Below are positions 40,910-54,637 of a stretch of DNA of 64,000 bases, in pieces. The stretch comes from Octopus sinensis (lineage: Eukaryota), in assembly GCF_006345805.1 (NCBI RefSeq), contig NC_043007.1, positions 47,306,001 to 47,370,000 on the forward strand, written 5' to 3'. Both the position numbers and the translations under genes were made by a program. Within the stretch, counting starts at the first letter, position 1. Each line of letters begins with the position of its first letter. The notes under the pieces are model-generated. The model made no database searches and had not been told where the DNA came from. It saw only the letters and a program-made list of their open reading frames with translations.

Positions 40910-41009
40910 NNNNNNNNNNNNNNNNNNNNNNNNNNNNNNNNNNNNNNNNNNNNNNNNNNNNNNNNNNNNNNNNNNNNNNNNNNNNNNNNNNNNNNNNNNN
41001 NNNNNNNNN
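40910..41009. other. Assembly gap (100 N)
   Basis: Direct reading; contiguity across it is not guaranteed. Confidence 1.
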
Positions 41010-41050
<41 letters not shown>

Positions 41051-41053
41051 AAA

Positions 41054-41102
<49 letters not shown>

Positions 41103-41302
41103 CTGATTGATAAATGGCTAGATCAAAACAGTTTGAATTAGAGTCCTTGTAACTCAGAGTTTCAAGGAATCTGAATCAAACCGTTTTGATCTATACATGT
41201 AACACTCAAGAAATGTGTTGAGTACTCTTCTTTCGTTTGTCTACTCACTCGGATATGTGTGTGGGTGGGGTTAGTGTGTGTGTGCGTTAGTAAATATTCA
41301 TA

Positions 41303-41470
41303 TAGGAGTGGCTGTGTGGTACGTAGTTTGCTTATCAACCACATGGTTCCAGGTTCAGTCCCACTGCGTGGAAACTTGGGCATGTGTCTTCTACTATAGC
41401 CTCGGGACGAATAAAGCCTTGTGGATGGATCTGGTACACGGAAACTGAAAGAATCTTGTCGTACACACAC
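41303..41470 (+). mobile_element. SINE family 2
   Basis: taggagtggctgtgtggtacgtag..ggttcagtcccactgcgtgg..ctatagcctcggg..aaagccttgtg. Confidence 0.8.
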
Positions 41471-41498
41471 AGATACACACACACAAATATATATATAT

Positions 41499-41545
<47 letters not shown>

Positions 41546-41571
41546 GTATATACACACACAAACACACACAC

Positions 41572-44500
41572 TTATGGATTCCCCTGGACCCTTCCGTTGA
41601 TGAAAAATCGCTCCAAAATATCACGACGTTTGAACTTCTTTGAACCTTTTTGAACTTTGTTTTTTCTTACTCCGTACGTTGTTCCTTTGCATTTCTCTCC
41701 CCTTTTCTCTCATTTTCATCTTTTTTTCTTTTCTTCACGACTTTTCCTTTTGCTCCTTTTTCCAGCATGCCCGATTATAAATCTTTCCTCCTTCACCTTC
41801 AGCACTGCCTAAAGAAGCACCTTTCCACGAATCCTTTGCGCTACTTTCAAACTTCTTTTAATATTTCTCTACTGATTTTTAGAAAAACCCACTTCTCTAG
41901 CCACGTTTCCTCTCTCAGTCGCTGCCTTCACCGCTACCTCATCCCCAAATTTTTCAGCCTCCATTTCCACTCCACTTTCAACTCTACTTCTGCCATCTTA
42001 CCTATACTCCGTACTACTTCTTACCACCTTATGCATGCACCATATTTTCTAATCTCTCCAAGATACAAACCCTCGACCGCCTTCTCCTTCTCACTTATTC
42101 CATTTTTTCTCCTCTCTTTCACCTTCCTTTGCACATTCCACTCTACGCTTCATAATCTATTTAAATCATGTTTTTCACGAGTCCGCTCGCACTAAACAGC
42201 ATAAACTCCACTCACTCCTTCATTCTGTCACACCCGATGCCACTACAACTTCCACCACGATCAATCCCCGATACACTCCACCGCAACCCTTCTGTTACTC
42301 CCCACTCACTCCTCCTCTCTCTCCTTCCAGCCTTTTACTACCCCCTCACCCCCACATCTAACTCATCCACCCCTTCCCAGCTTCAGTCTGTTGTCACCAT
42401 TCCTCCTGATCTTCCCTTCTCTAGGCCGGAGCGCTCTCTTCTCATCCCCCTCACTTCATCCAGTAATGAATTTCAGACCCGTATTCATAGCTTTCTGCGC
42501 CGCATCAGGCTATATGCACTATTCCACAAAACTCCAACTGCATCTAATTAAGAGGACTGTTTCACCGAGGTTGGCCGCCGACCATCGCACTGGATGCTAG
42601 CTCCTGGCCACTTCCAGGCACTCGATCATTTTGCAAGCATCTGCCAACGTGTTAGGACCGGTTTAACTTCCGCAGGCGTCCCCGACATTTTAACATAACC
42701 CCGGCCGACCTCTCGGTCCTTCGATGTCTCCGAAGCCGCAACGACATCATCATAAAACCGGCTGGGTATAACTGTGGTGGTGTGGCACGCAGACCTCTAC
42801 AAAGCTGAAGTTCTCCGCCAACTTCAAGACACCTAATTATATTGCCTTCTGCCTTTAAGCCCTAGGCCTGACTATCAGCAGACTGTGTCCTCCTCTATCC
42901 ATGACGTCATCACCTCCTCCCGTCTTCCTCCTACCGCCTGCAACCTCATTATCCGCACTTCATACACTCTACCATTTACTTCTTTCCCAAAATCCACAAG
43001 CCCAACTAACCTGGCTGCCCCATCGTCTCTGCCTGTAACTGCCCCGCGGAATTGATCTCAAAATACCTCGACAGTATCCTTGCCCCGCCTAGTGGCTTCC
43101 CTCCCCTGCCACATCCACGACACTACCCAAGCTCTCCGTCTCTTCAACACTTTCTCCTTCCCTCCTGACCCCTCTAAACGTCTCTTCCCTCTTGATATCA
43201 TAAGTCTATATACGGTGATCCTACAAAACTTCTTGAACTCTAACACTTCTTAGATCTTCGACCCAACACCCAACCTGACACCTCCACACTTCATGTGTCG
43301 AACTTGTTCACACCCTCAACTGCTTCTCGTTCACGGGGTATTTTACCCAACAGGTCTCAGGAGTGGGCATGGAAACGAGAATGGGCCCCAACTATGGGGG
43401 CCTGTTTGTTGACTACGTTGAAGCCCTAATATTCCCACGATTCACTGGTCTCACTCCCGAAGTATACGGTCGTTATATTGATTATTGTATCGGAGCCACC
43501 TCACTATCCCGGGAACAACTAGACTCCTTCCTCTCTTTTGTCTAATCCTTCCATCCTGCCCTCGCATTCTCCTGCACTATTTCCAACACTTCCGTCGCCT
43601 TTCTCGACATTTCGGTCAGCATACACCACTCCGCTCTCACTAACTCCATCCACTACAAACACATCTACTCACACTCCTACTTTAACGTCTCCTCCCTACC
43701 TACACCAAGCTTTCCATCCCCTACTCCCAATTTCACCATCTGCAGTGACAACCATCATGTTAAACTCAAACTCAACTTATGGCTCGCCACTTTTGTGGAT
43801 TTCTCCTCACCAATATCCACACAGCCCTTGCCAGAGCGCGTTCCGTGGACCATGCCTTGGCTCCCTGGACCTGCCCCTTCATTGCCCGTCCTCTGTCTCT
43901 CCTTACCTACCATGCTTCCAATCTGCCCCTCCAACGCACCATTCTCCGTGCCTTCCGGCAACTCCAGTCTGTCTCTTCCACTTTGCATATCTTCCCCATC
44001 CTACCCCTTCCCTCGTTCAAACGAGCCCACACCCTGCGTAACCTCCTGGTCCACAGTTTCTTCCCTAATCCCATCTTCCAACCTAGCTCGTTTCCATGCT
44101 ACCGCACACGCTGCTGCACTTACACCTAGTTCTCCAACACCACCATCCTCACAGGCACTTATCATCGTCCCCATCATATCACTGATTCCTTTACCTGCAC
44201 CTCTCTATCTATGTTATCTACTGCATCACCAGCTGTTTCTTCCCTTCTCTGTATATCGGTCAAACGAGACGCCGCTTCATTGACCGGTTCGCGGAGCAGC
44301 TCCGAAACATCAGCTTAGGCAATAACATCTCGGTCTCGCGCCATTTCAGCTCTACCAGCTGAAACACCAGCCTGTGTTCATATTGTCTTTGCACCGGGGC
44401 CACCCAGACTCACGCCTTCGCCGTGGTATTAATATCTCTCTCCTCTCCTTTACTCCACATGGGCTCAACTCCATTCCTATCTTCATGTGACTCCCCTCCA

Positions 44501-45170
44501 CTTCTCTCTTTATCTGATACCCACTTCTTCTCTTCCCTCCTACCCACCTCTCCTCTCCTGCTCTGACACGTACTCCCTCTCTTCACTCCTATCCACCTTC
44601 TCTCTTCATTGATACCCCGCCAACCACAATCCTCTCACACCCCACTTATACATCCCCGCCACACGCACCCACAACCCCACACCGCCACACCACACTACCA
44701 CCACACACCAACACTACACGCGACCACACCACATCACTCCACACACACTAGCACTGACCACTTCCCAGCACACACACCAAACACCATCCTCTGCACACCC
44801 ATATATTACAGACGCACACTCACACATCCACACGGTAAAGTCACTAGCCCTTATCCACACACAGACGCATAAATATTGTTATATACACATGCACGCAAGC
44901 GCACCTTTATTTTTGGATCACTAGTACTTTAGTATCTCCCCTTTCGTTCTACCTCTCCTGTCAAACTTTTTCTCCCAACCAGCGGCCATGCTTTATAGAT
45001 AAATTCACAAGTTTTTTCTTGTCTCTCTGGTTATTTTCTCTTATTCCTTTCAGTTGAAGAGCGTAGGCTCCAAATGTAAAAGAATTTCTCACTTCCCGAG
45101 CGTCAAACTAAGACACCTGCTTGTTGTACACACACCTGGCTTCGTCTTTCGTTTTTCGGTAAATTTCAAC
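41572..45170 (+). mobile_element. Decayed near-full-length Penelope-like element (RT plus GIY-YIG)
   Basis: IIIKPA, FPKIHKPN.PG.PIVS, LDI.SLYT.I, GMETRMGPNY, YGRYIDY, FLDI, C..C.C, YIGQTRRRF..RF.E motifs across shifting frames; 3' end at (TA)n. Confidence 0.88.
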
Positions 45171-45183
45171 TATATAAATATAT

Positions 45184-45243
<60 letters not shown>

Positions 45244-45855
45244 ATTCATAAGAGTATAAAGATTTATATACACGGTGAGAAGACATTTGACGGGACCACT
45301 TATATGCTAAAACGAACAGCTAAACCCAAACCACTACAGTGAATAAAAATTAGTTAATCCTATACTCGAGTTCCGCTATTAATGACCAAATAAAATACAT
45401 TTGGTATCTGTAGTTCGTCGGTAAGCTCACATAATTATGTAGCTATAATACGTACTGAAAACACGAGGCAAACACATGCGCAAGGCAGCTCCATCTTTAT
45501 ACGTCATGGATTCAAACATAGTGTGCGAGCGTAGGCATAATACACGCACAGTAAATGAATTTAAACTGTGTACTATATGGCCTAAAAATTGGAAACTTTT
45601 ACTGTATGATTATAGTTTGCTTCATTAAACTGAAGCATGATGATGGCATCAGATGAAACTTCGAAGCTTTTGTCAATAAAATTAATAGTTAATATTTTCA
45701 CACACACACACGCATACACACTCACACACATACACACATGCGCACACATACATGCACGTAGACACTAACATATGTAAATTAATCCATATCTATTCAGCTT
45801 TATATCTACTTAGCTATCTGTGTGTGTATGTTAGATACACACACACACATATAAT

Positions 45856-45916
<61 letters not shown>

Positions 45917-46106
45917 ATATTAATCAGCCGAAATTACTACGATGATCCGGTTCTTGACTGAAGACTGAGGGGTTCGAATGTCCTGTCCATGTTATTGTAT
46001 CGTCTTCTATGAGTTATACGTTCTTGTCCATGTATTTTTCTACATACCTTAATATATATATATATGTATATATATGTATGCATATATGTATGTGTATATA
46101 TATATA

Positions 46107-48207
46107 ACTTAGAAAGGTTTTGGCCACTATTGGCCCTGGCGAAGTCTTTCAATTCAGGATTTGGACACTGAGGCCCATTCGTGCAGAGAGCTATTGTTTG
46201 CGGAGACATATCCGGGTGTGGGTGGTTTGTCCGGGACTGTTTGAAGGAATTTGTCCAAAGACTTCTTGAATTTTGTGTGGTCAGTTTCTGTTTTGACGTG
46301 TCCTGGTGTAATGTTGAAGAGAGCGGGTCCAATTGAGGGGAAATAATTGTACCGTATTGTCATTATGTGAGGCAATTTAGATTTTTGTTGTGTAGGGATG
46401 GAACGTGGTCCAAGCCTTGGATGTATTTTGAAGGTGATGCCAACATCATTCGGACAGTGCTGATGGAATATTTTCAACATCATACAGATAATGTAGCGTT
46501 CACGGCGTCGTTGGAGTGAATACACTTTCAGTTTCTCTAATCTCCCCCAGTAGTCAAGGTCTGACATGCCATCTATCTTTTTGTGATTGACCTTTGGGGA
46601 GCTTCAATTCTCATAATATTTTGTTTTGTGTAGGGAGACCACAGTGGACAGCAGTATTCAAGGTGGGGTCGGGCAAAAGTGGAGAAGAGAAGGATAATGG
46701 TGTGGGAATCTCTCGACTGGAAGGTTCTGAGAATCCAGGAACACATTCTGCGGGCCATGTCAACTTTGCTGCTTATATGTGTAGCCCAGCTTATGTTGTT
46801 GTCCACTGTTACTCCCAAGTCTCTGATGTTGTTAGACGCCATGAGAATTTCTCCAGAAGGAAGGGAATATGAGAGTTTCAGAGCGTCCTCCCTTCCAAAG
46901 TGGATCAGTTCGAATTTGTCTTCGTTTAGCAACATGTTTTTTCCACCCATTGGACAACAGCCAGTAGGTCTGACTGAAGGCTTATTCGGTCATCCACGCC
47001 GTTGATGACCTTCTGGAGCTTGGAATCATCAGCGAAGGTTCTGATGTTACTGTGTTTGATGGTGTCAGTAATATCATTAATGTAGATGATGAAGAGAAGT
47101 AGGCCCAACACAGTGCCTTGTGGGACACCACTGCTGACTTTGGCTGGGCTGGATTTGACTCCTTCGACGACAACATGTTAGGTTCTGTTAGACAGGACGC
47201 ACTTGATCCACTGCAGCAGCTTTCCAGTGACACCAATATTGGACAGCTTTCTCAAAAGGATCTTATGATCAACCTTGTCAAAGGCCTTGCTGAAATCAAG
47301 GTAGATGACATCAGTGTTGGAACCCTCTCCCAAGGCTCTCAAAATGTCATCAAAATGATGCAGTAGCTGCGTCAGGCAATCTCTTCCATTACGGAATCCA
47401 TGCTGGTTGGAGTTCAGCATATTATGACTCTCAAGGAAGTGAGTCATACGTGATCTCAGCACTCTCTGAAATACCTTAATGATATGAGAGGTGAGTGAGA
47501 TTGGACGGTAATTCACGGCAAGCGATTTGTTTCCTTTCTTGAAAACTGAGACAACAGACTGGGATAGAAGGTCTTCTGGTATATATCCAGCATCCAATGA
47601 GTTCCGCCACAGATTGGCTAGAGGGGGTGCAAGTTGGTGTTGACACATCTTCAAGACACAAGCAGGGAACCTATCGGGACCTACTGCTGAATTATGCTTC
47701 ATTTCCTTTATTGCTGCTAAGACATCAAGAGCGCCAAAGGTTATGTCCGATAAAGTGTATTGGGGAGTAACATCACTGATACAGCCCAGATCAGTCATAT
47801 CAGGATTGCTGAAAACAGAGCAATATTGTTTCTGCAATATCTCTCCCATGGTTTTGGCATTGTCTTGAAGAGTACCATTTTCATCCATCAGAGGGCCAAC
47901 AGTAGAACCAGTGACTCTGTGTTTTTTGCAAGTGAAAAGAACACTTTGGGATTGAGTTTGATCTTCTCAATGGCCCAGGCCTATTCAGCTCTTCTCTGAC
48001 TATTGATGATAGACATCATGTTCTTTTGGAGTTTGTTTTTTAATCTCTAGCGACGAGATGGCAGTCAGGTTAGTGTGTTGTTGTTGACAGTATTTCAGCT
48101 TGTTGATTTTTTTGTTAATTCTTTTAATTTTCCTGATGAGAGATTTTCTATTTCTAGGGATTCGACACTTAGATTTATTTGCAGATCTTAATGGGGTGTG
48201 TTTGCGA
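46107..48207 (-). mobile_element. CR1-group LINE, RT and 3' end
   Basis: GPDRFP, NYRPISLTS..KVF, QHGFR.GR.C, YLDFSKAFDKV, GVPQG.VLG.LLF.IYIND, FADDSKL, RDLGV, RPHLEYC..WSP, LYSLQRRRER-like motifs; ends at (TA)n. Confidence 0.92.
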
Positions 48208-48817
48208 AGCAGTCGCTGTATTCAGTCAAACCAACAACTTAACAGTAGTTGGGCTCTACAGACCACCCCAAACGCCCCTTCCATGCTTCAAGGAATGCCT
48301 CAACAACATAAAGTGTTTCATTCAGCAGTGTCAACCTGACAACATTTTAATGATGGGAGACTTCAACCTTCCCGGGGTTGACTGGTCTACAAACAGTCTG
48401 CCGCCAAGTTCTTCTCTCTCAACCCCTGCAAGGGAGGCAGTGGAATCGCTTCTTGACTTCATGGATGATTTCTTCCTGTCCCAATTGGTGCTCGAACCAA
48501 GGAGATGTCACAAAAACGTCTTAGACTTAATTTTCAGCAATCACACTGATACTATCCACAATATTGCAGTGGAGAAAACTCTACTCTCTGATCATGACAT
48601 GGTTCTCTGTGATCTGAGATTTCACCGGTCAAAATGTAAAACAAATATCATCCCTCCTGTTCATCCATTTGACACTATGAATTTCCACAATGCAAACTGG
48701 GAAGCGATCAATAATGATCTTGCACAAGTCGATTGGTCCTTCACGCACACATACACACCCACTAACATTAGAAACATCAAAAAGTCCTGGCAGTCATTTG
48801 TAGACACCATTACGAAC

Positions 48818-48820
<3 letters not shown>
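48203..48820 (+). mobile_element. Inverted 5' segment of the same LINE (APE endonuclease)
   Basis: ORF 48179-49138 encodes VGLYRPP, MGDFNLP..DW, LDLIFSN, SDHDMV up to [11 protein letters not shown], then becomes microsatellite. Confidence 0.9.
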
Positions 48821-48879
<59 letters not shown>

Positions 48880-48952
48880 TACAGTATACAGATATATCTA
48901 TTATCATATATATGTATGCATATATGTGTCTAGATATATATACATATATATG

Positions 48953-49022
<70 letters not shown>

Positions 49023-49031
<9 letters not shown>

Positions 49032-49122
49032 AACGGCAGTTTGTCTGTGCGTGTTTCTGTGAGTCTGTTTTCTTGTACCCTCACTCTGACCACGGCTTTC
49101 AACCGATTCTGATGAAACTTGA
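49023..49122 (+). mobile_element. 5' fragment of the non-autonomous Helitron family seen at 18400
   Basis: tatataaacggcagtttgtctgtg..accctcactctgaccacggctttcaaccgattctgatgaaacttga. Confidence 0.8.
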
Positions 49123-51425
49123 ACCCTCGATTAGATAGTCGCATATCCCGCAATTGGGTCTTCCACATTTTTTTACTGTCGGCTTCTGTGTTGAAGAGTG
49201 AATTCGGGCTTGTGTTAGGAGACTTTTCATGGATCTAGGCTGTCTTTTGCTTTTTATGATCGTGTGTGTTTGGAGGATTGTGTTCATTCTGTGGTCTTTT
49301 TTTAGGAGGGGTATGTTGTGGAGGATGGTGCCGAAGGCTTCGTTATTGAGAGGGTTGTGTGTAGAGATGTATGGTAAGGCTTTTGGTTGTAGGTTTTTCT
49401 TTGATTTGGGATGTCTCAGTTCCTTGATGTTAAGTTGAAGGGCACGTTGAATGCACTTGTCAATAAGTGAAGGTGGATAGTTCCTGGTGATAAGGGTATC
49501 TTTTAGTTCTTGTAGTCGTGTGTCTCTGGTGTTTGCGTTAGAGACTATAGTGCATATCCTAGGTTGGCAAAGGAGGGGGCCATTTGTGTACCCATCGCAG
49601 TCCCCGATTTTTGTCGGTAGAAGTTGTCATTGAAGGCGAAGAAGTTATTTTCCAGGATGAATTTAACCCTTCTTATCACAATTCTTTTTTGATGCGGTGT
49701 GGTAGTTCGTTGGCGTGATTCTCTAGCCAGAATTGGATTGCCTCTAGTCCTAGGTTGTGGGGGATATTGGAGTAGAGGTTGACTACATCGAAGGATACCA
49801 GTATGGTGTTTTGGTTTATAGTATTCGGTAGGTGATTGAGCATATCTAAGTCGTCCCTTACATAGCTTTTGACATGTGTTTGAGGAGTGGTTTTAACACA
49901 GGGTGTCTAAAAAGTTACTGAGGCGGTGGTTTCGCATGCGGGACCTGCTATTATGGGTCTCAATTTGAGGTCATTAGGATTAGGGACTTAATTATTTTGT
50001 CTGTGGCTATCTTGCATGCGTTGCTTATTTTTTCACTTTTGTGGATCTTAGGTATACCGTAGAATTGGCTAGTTTTACTTGTGAAATTGGTCATATAATC
50101 ATATTCTTTGTCGGTGAGCCCTGCTTTGTATGGGTTAAATATGGATTTTAGTTCCCTCATTATTTTTTGTTGACTGTAGTTTTGTGCCTTTTCATAGTAT
50201 GTTGTGTCTTCCAGCATAGAAAGAACCAAAGTTATGTAAAAAGTCGTATCCATTAAGACAACAGCACTCCCTTTATCGGCCTCTTTGATTGTTATTGTTT
50301 TTCTTGTTTTAATTTGTTCAACTCAGCCCATTCTTCTTTGCTGAAGTTGGTTGTGTTTTTGTTTGTGCATATGTTGATATGGGTAATTAGATATGTGGTC
50401 ACAGAAATCATCAAGTGTTTTGTTCTTACCTTTCGAGGGGGTGTAGTTACTCCTATTTCTGACTAACGATTCGTCCTCGTTGTATTTATCGTATAGCTCC
50501 TCAGTAAGTCTTAATTTTCTCTGCAGAATTCTGCGATGTCTTCTTTCATTTCGTTGTAGTTGGGGTGTTGTGGGGTGCGTGTAAACTTGAGTCCTTTGGA
50601 AAGTATGTTTATTTGGTTTGCTGTTAGTTCCTTGTGAGTTAGATTGATAATTTTTTACTTTTGGTTCCTCCTGCTTGTTTGGTGCTATCTTGTGTCTCTG
50701 TGTTTGCGTATTGGGTCTAAAAAATGAATGCGGTGGTTGGGACGGTAGCTGTTATATAGTTGTTCTTTGTTGATGTGGGGTCTCCTGTTGTGATTTATGG
50801 TGTGTTTTCTTGGAGAGTATTGAGGAGAGCATCCCGATATCCCATATTCGGGTGTGGTGTTCTAGGAGGCCTTCGTTGGTAATCATTGTAAGTGGTGTGG
50901 GTTTGTTGTGCATGGTTGTTTAACCGGTTAATTGGACGGAGATTTCGTTGGTAACTTTTGGGTGGGGATAAGGTTGCAGTGTCTATGCTGTGGGTGTTGA
51001 TTTATCCATTCTCTGCTTGAAGTGGGGATATTCCTGATATTGTAACGCTGGTTGCTTACAGAGTTAGGGTTAGGTCCTGTATTCTTTTTTTGAAAGTAGT
51101 GAAGGTTCCGATTTTTAGACAGGTGTGTATCGGTGTTTGGGTGTTGTTTTGGTTTTCTTATTTTCTGGAAAGGTTGTTGGAGGCGTGCTCTGTTTGAAAG
51201 ACGGCTTCATAGTCTGAGAACCAATGGCGCTTTTCTCCCAGCGTTGGAGAGATTTTAGTTCTTCTTCTTCACAGTCCTCTTTCCATAGTTTGGAGAACTT
51301 CTCTTGATCTGGGCCTTGGGTCATTTTGCGAATTTCTTCGTTGATATCTTCATCGGTGGATTTTATTTTGTCCTCATTCGTTTGGGCCCTCAATTTCAGA
51401 AGTTCTATTTCCATTTTCATTTTTT
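49123..51425 (-). mobile_element. Truncated Penelope-like element with an internal RT deletion
   Basis: KRADKG, FYGIPKIHKS, RPIIAGP, ILENNFF.FND.FYRQ..GTAMG..MAP..ANL jump directly to IVSNANTRD.RL.EL (YxDD region missing), then CGRPNCGIC; cut before GIY-YIG. Confidence 0.85.
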
Positions 51426-51525
51426 CCATATATATATATGTATATATATGTATATATATGTACATATATGTATATATATATATCTATATATATTATATAT
51501 TATATATAATATATAATATATATAT

Positions 51526-51558
<33 letters not shown>

Positions 51559-51724
51559 GTATATATAATATATGTGGTGTGTGTGTGTGTTGTGTGTATA
51601 TATAATGTAAGATCCAGCGATCGACGTTTAGGAAGAATTTAGCTTCAAAAGACCGTAGTAAATATGAAAAACAACTTTTACGGACAATATTGGTTTATTG
51701 ACACAGAAGGTTATTTTTTTTCTG

Positions 51725-51934
51725 TACTTGTTTCAGTCATTTGACTGCGGCCATGCTGGAGCACCGCCTTTTAGAGTGGTGAAAGAGTACAGCAGGGATC
51801 ACCACCTCCTGCCGGAGCCTCGTGGAGCTTTTAGGTGTTTTCGCTCAATAAACACACACAACGCCCGGTCTGGGAATCGAAACCGCGATCCTCCGACCGC
51901 AAGTCCGCTGCCCTAACCACTAGGCCATTGCGTC
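51725..51934 (-). mobile_element. SINE family 3
   Basis: Reverse complement begins gacgcaatggcctagtggttagggcagcggac..ggtttcgattccc. Confidence 0.8.
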
Positions 51935-52334
51935 ATATCGAAGTACGATAAACTGAAGAAATTTCTTTTTATAATTCACGGTAGGCAACCGATATTGGAG
52001 GGGGTGCGAGTTAGAGTACAAGAGTTACTGAAGGGAGTAGATAAGATCCGAGCTACATATGTTTCATAGCAAGCGGAACCTTCAAAAGTGGTAAATACCC
52101 AAGCAAGTTGTATATCACAAGCTATTCTTCAGGTCAATGATATCTTGATTAAATTAAAGTTTACATTATCTCAAAATCCCTAAACACTTCGTAGTTTAAT
52201 CCTCTTGCTCAGGAATTCCTACTGTCGCTGCCCAAGAAGATGTAACAACGACAGTCATTTTCCTCTTCTAGAAATATAAAAGGACTAATAGTAACGACGA
52301 CGACGACGATGATAACAATAGTAATCATAATAAC

Positions 52335-52684
<350 letters not shown>

Positions 52685-53262
52685 CAACATAAGAAGACAT
52701 GACGACCTAGGGAAAGTTATCCACTGGTAGCAATGTAGAAAGATATGATTTGAACATACTGATAAATGGTATGAACATGAACCTAGGAAAGTACTAGAAA
52801 ATAAGAAATACAATATGTTGTGCGACTTCAACATTCAGACTGACAGAATAATAGTAGCTAGAAGGCCTGATTTGGTAGTAGTAGATAAAGAGAATAGAAA
52901 GTGCCAGATAATAGAATTTACAGTCCCAAATGATGAAAAAAATAATATGAGAAGTATATAAAAACTAGCAAAGTACCTGGACCTAGCTATTGAATTACAG
53001 AGACTATGGAAAGTGCGGGGAAAATGTATCCCAGCAGTTATAGGTGCATTGGTAACTATCCCTAAAGATCTGAACAGATGGATAGAGGATATAAAACCCA
53101 GTTTAGTACAGCTCCAGAAAACAGTATTATTAAGGACAGCTAAGATACTTAGGTGGACTCTTGACATGTGAGGTTACTTGCTTTAACTCAATAGGAGGGT
53201 TCTTGGTATCTAAGGATTCTTTTCTTTTCCAGCAATCTAATCTGTTGAGTGTATATGAAAAA
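52685..53262 (+). mobile_element. 5'-truncated R4/Dong LINE (RLE domain and 3' end)
   Basis: RRHDDLGKVIHW, KWYEHEP..VLEN, DFNIQTDR.I.ARRPDLVV.DK, IGAL..IP, LQKTVLL.TAKILR; sits next to (AAT)n. Confidence 0.85.
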
Positions 53263-53555
53263 TAATAATGATTGCAATGGTTTCAAATTTTTTTGACCGT
53301 GCCAAACATTTTAAGATGAATGGGCAAATCGAACACATTGACTCCATTGTCCAACTGTTACATATTTTATTGGCCTCGATAGGGTATATGTGAAAGCGAA
53401 TTTTGACGCAATTTTGATCCAGGACCTAAAGAAGTGAGAGAAATACTGCAAAGCATTTAGTCCGATATCTAATAATAATAACAAAAATAATAACAACAAC
53501 AACAACGGCAACGACAACAACAACAACAACAACAACAATAATAATAATAATAATA

Positions 53556-53706
53556 ATGGTTTCAAATATTTCCAAAAACGATAGCAATTTGGAGGGAAGG
53601 GATGAGTCGAATACATCGTTCAACTGGTACTTATTTTATCGACCCCGAAGGATGAACGGCAAAGTCGAAAGACAGCGTACTAACGATTCTGCAAGATCAC
53701 CGCCCT
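53556..53706 (-). mobile_element. SINE family 1, deleted copy within (AAT/AAC/AAG)n
   Basis: ggtttcaaat..aactggtacttattttatcgaccccgaaggatgaacggcaaagtcga. Confidence 0.7.
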
Positions 53707-54558
53707 AATAATAATAAGAAGAAGAAGAAAGGAGAAGAAGAAGAAGAAGAAGAAGAAGAAGAAGAAGAAGAAGAAGAAGAAGAAGAAGAAGAAGAAGAAG
53801 AAGAAGAATCCATAAGATCTAATTGTGCGAGATATATCGAGTGTACCTTGAGATCACCATTATATTGATATTTTGTGTATTGAATGCAGAAACAATCAGC
53901 CACATTATAAATGCGTTATACTAAACACAAAGGACATACAGCATGTGATTTTATTATGTTTCCGCCATTGTACACTGAAAGATCCGTAAGGGACGTACGC
54001 TGAACACAAGCGAAAAGTGGTAAAGTAAGAGGAAATGAACACGCATGCTCATTCACTACACACGGTGCGTGTATTAAATTTCCTTTCTCTTAATACGTTC
54101 AATCTCTATTATATTCTTCGTTGAATTTTCCTCCTTTGTTTTCTTCTATTTTTCTCTTCATCCTCCCTCTCTGTTTTTGCTTTATTTTGTTACATTTCTT
54201 TTCTCCTTTTATAAGTTTCTCCATTCACCACTTCATCTCTATGCTTCGTATACATTCATTCACATTCTTTCCCTGGGTTCTCCTACAATGATTTTTCTCC
54301 ATCTATCTCTTATTCAAAAACCATATATATTTGAAGATTAGATGTAAATTTTCATAAACCTTGCCTTAACCGGATGTTTAAAACACTATAAAACTGGTTT
54401 CTTTTCTAAGAAAACGAAATATTTTGGAAAAGTTGGAGTAGAAAGCGTTCTAAATTTCAGTTGTTTTACTATCGTTATTATTATGTTTGCGAATCTATCT
54501 GTCTATCTATTTATCTATCTATATTTCTACCTTTCTCTCTATCTACCTCTCTCTTTCC

Positions 54559-54637
<79 letters not shown>

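Noticed and set aside
41586-41625. ttgatgaaaaatcgctccaaaatatcacg at the PLE 5' side
   Set aside because: Too degenerate (no stem II, GAAA lost).
45636-45675. HHR-like atgatgatggcatcagatgaaacttcgaagct
   Set aside because: Core C3 is missing, the cleavage triplet is GCU and there is no stem I; at most an old PLE terminus.
45952-45990. HHR-like ctgaagactgaggggttcgaatgtc in a TA-flanked fragment
   Set aside because: GAAA is disrupted and stems I and II do not pair; probably a decayed PLE end, not reportable as a ribozyme.
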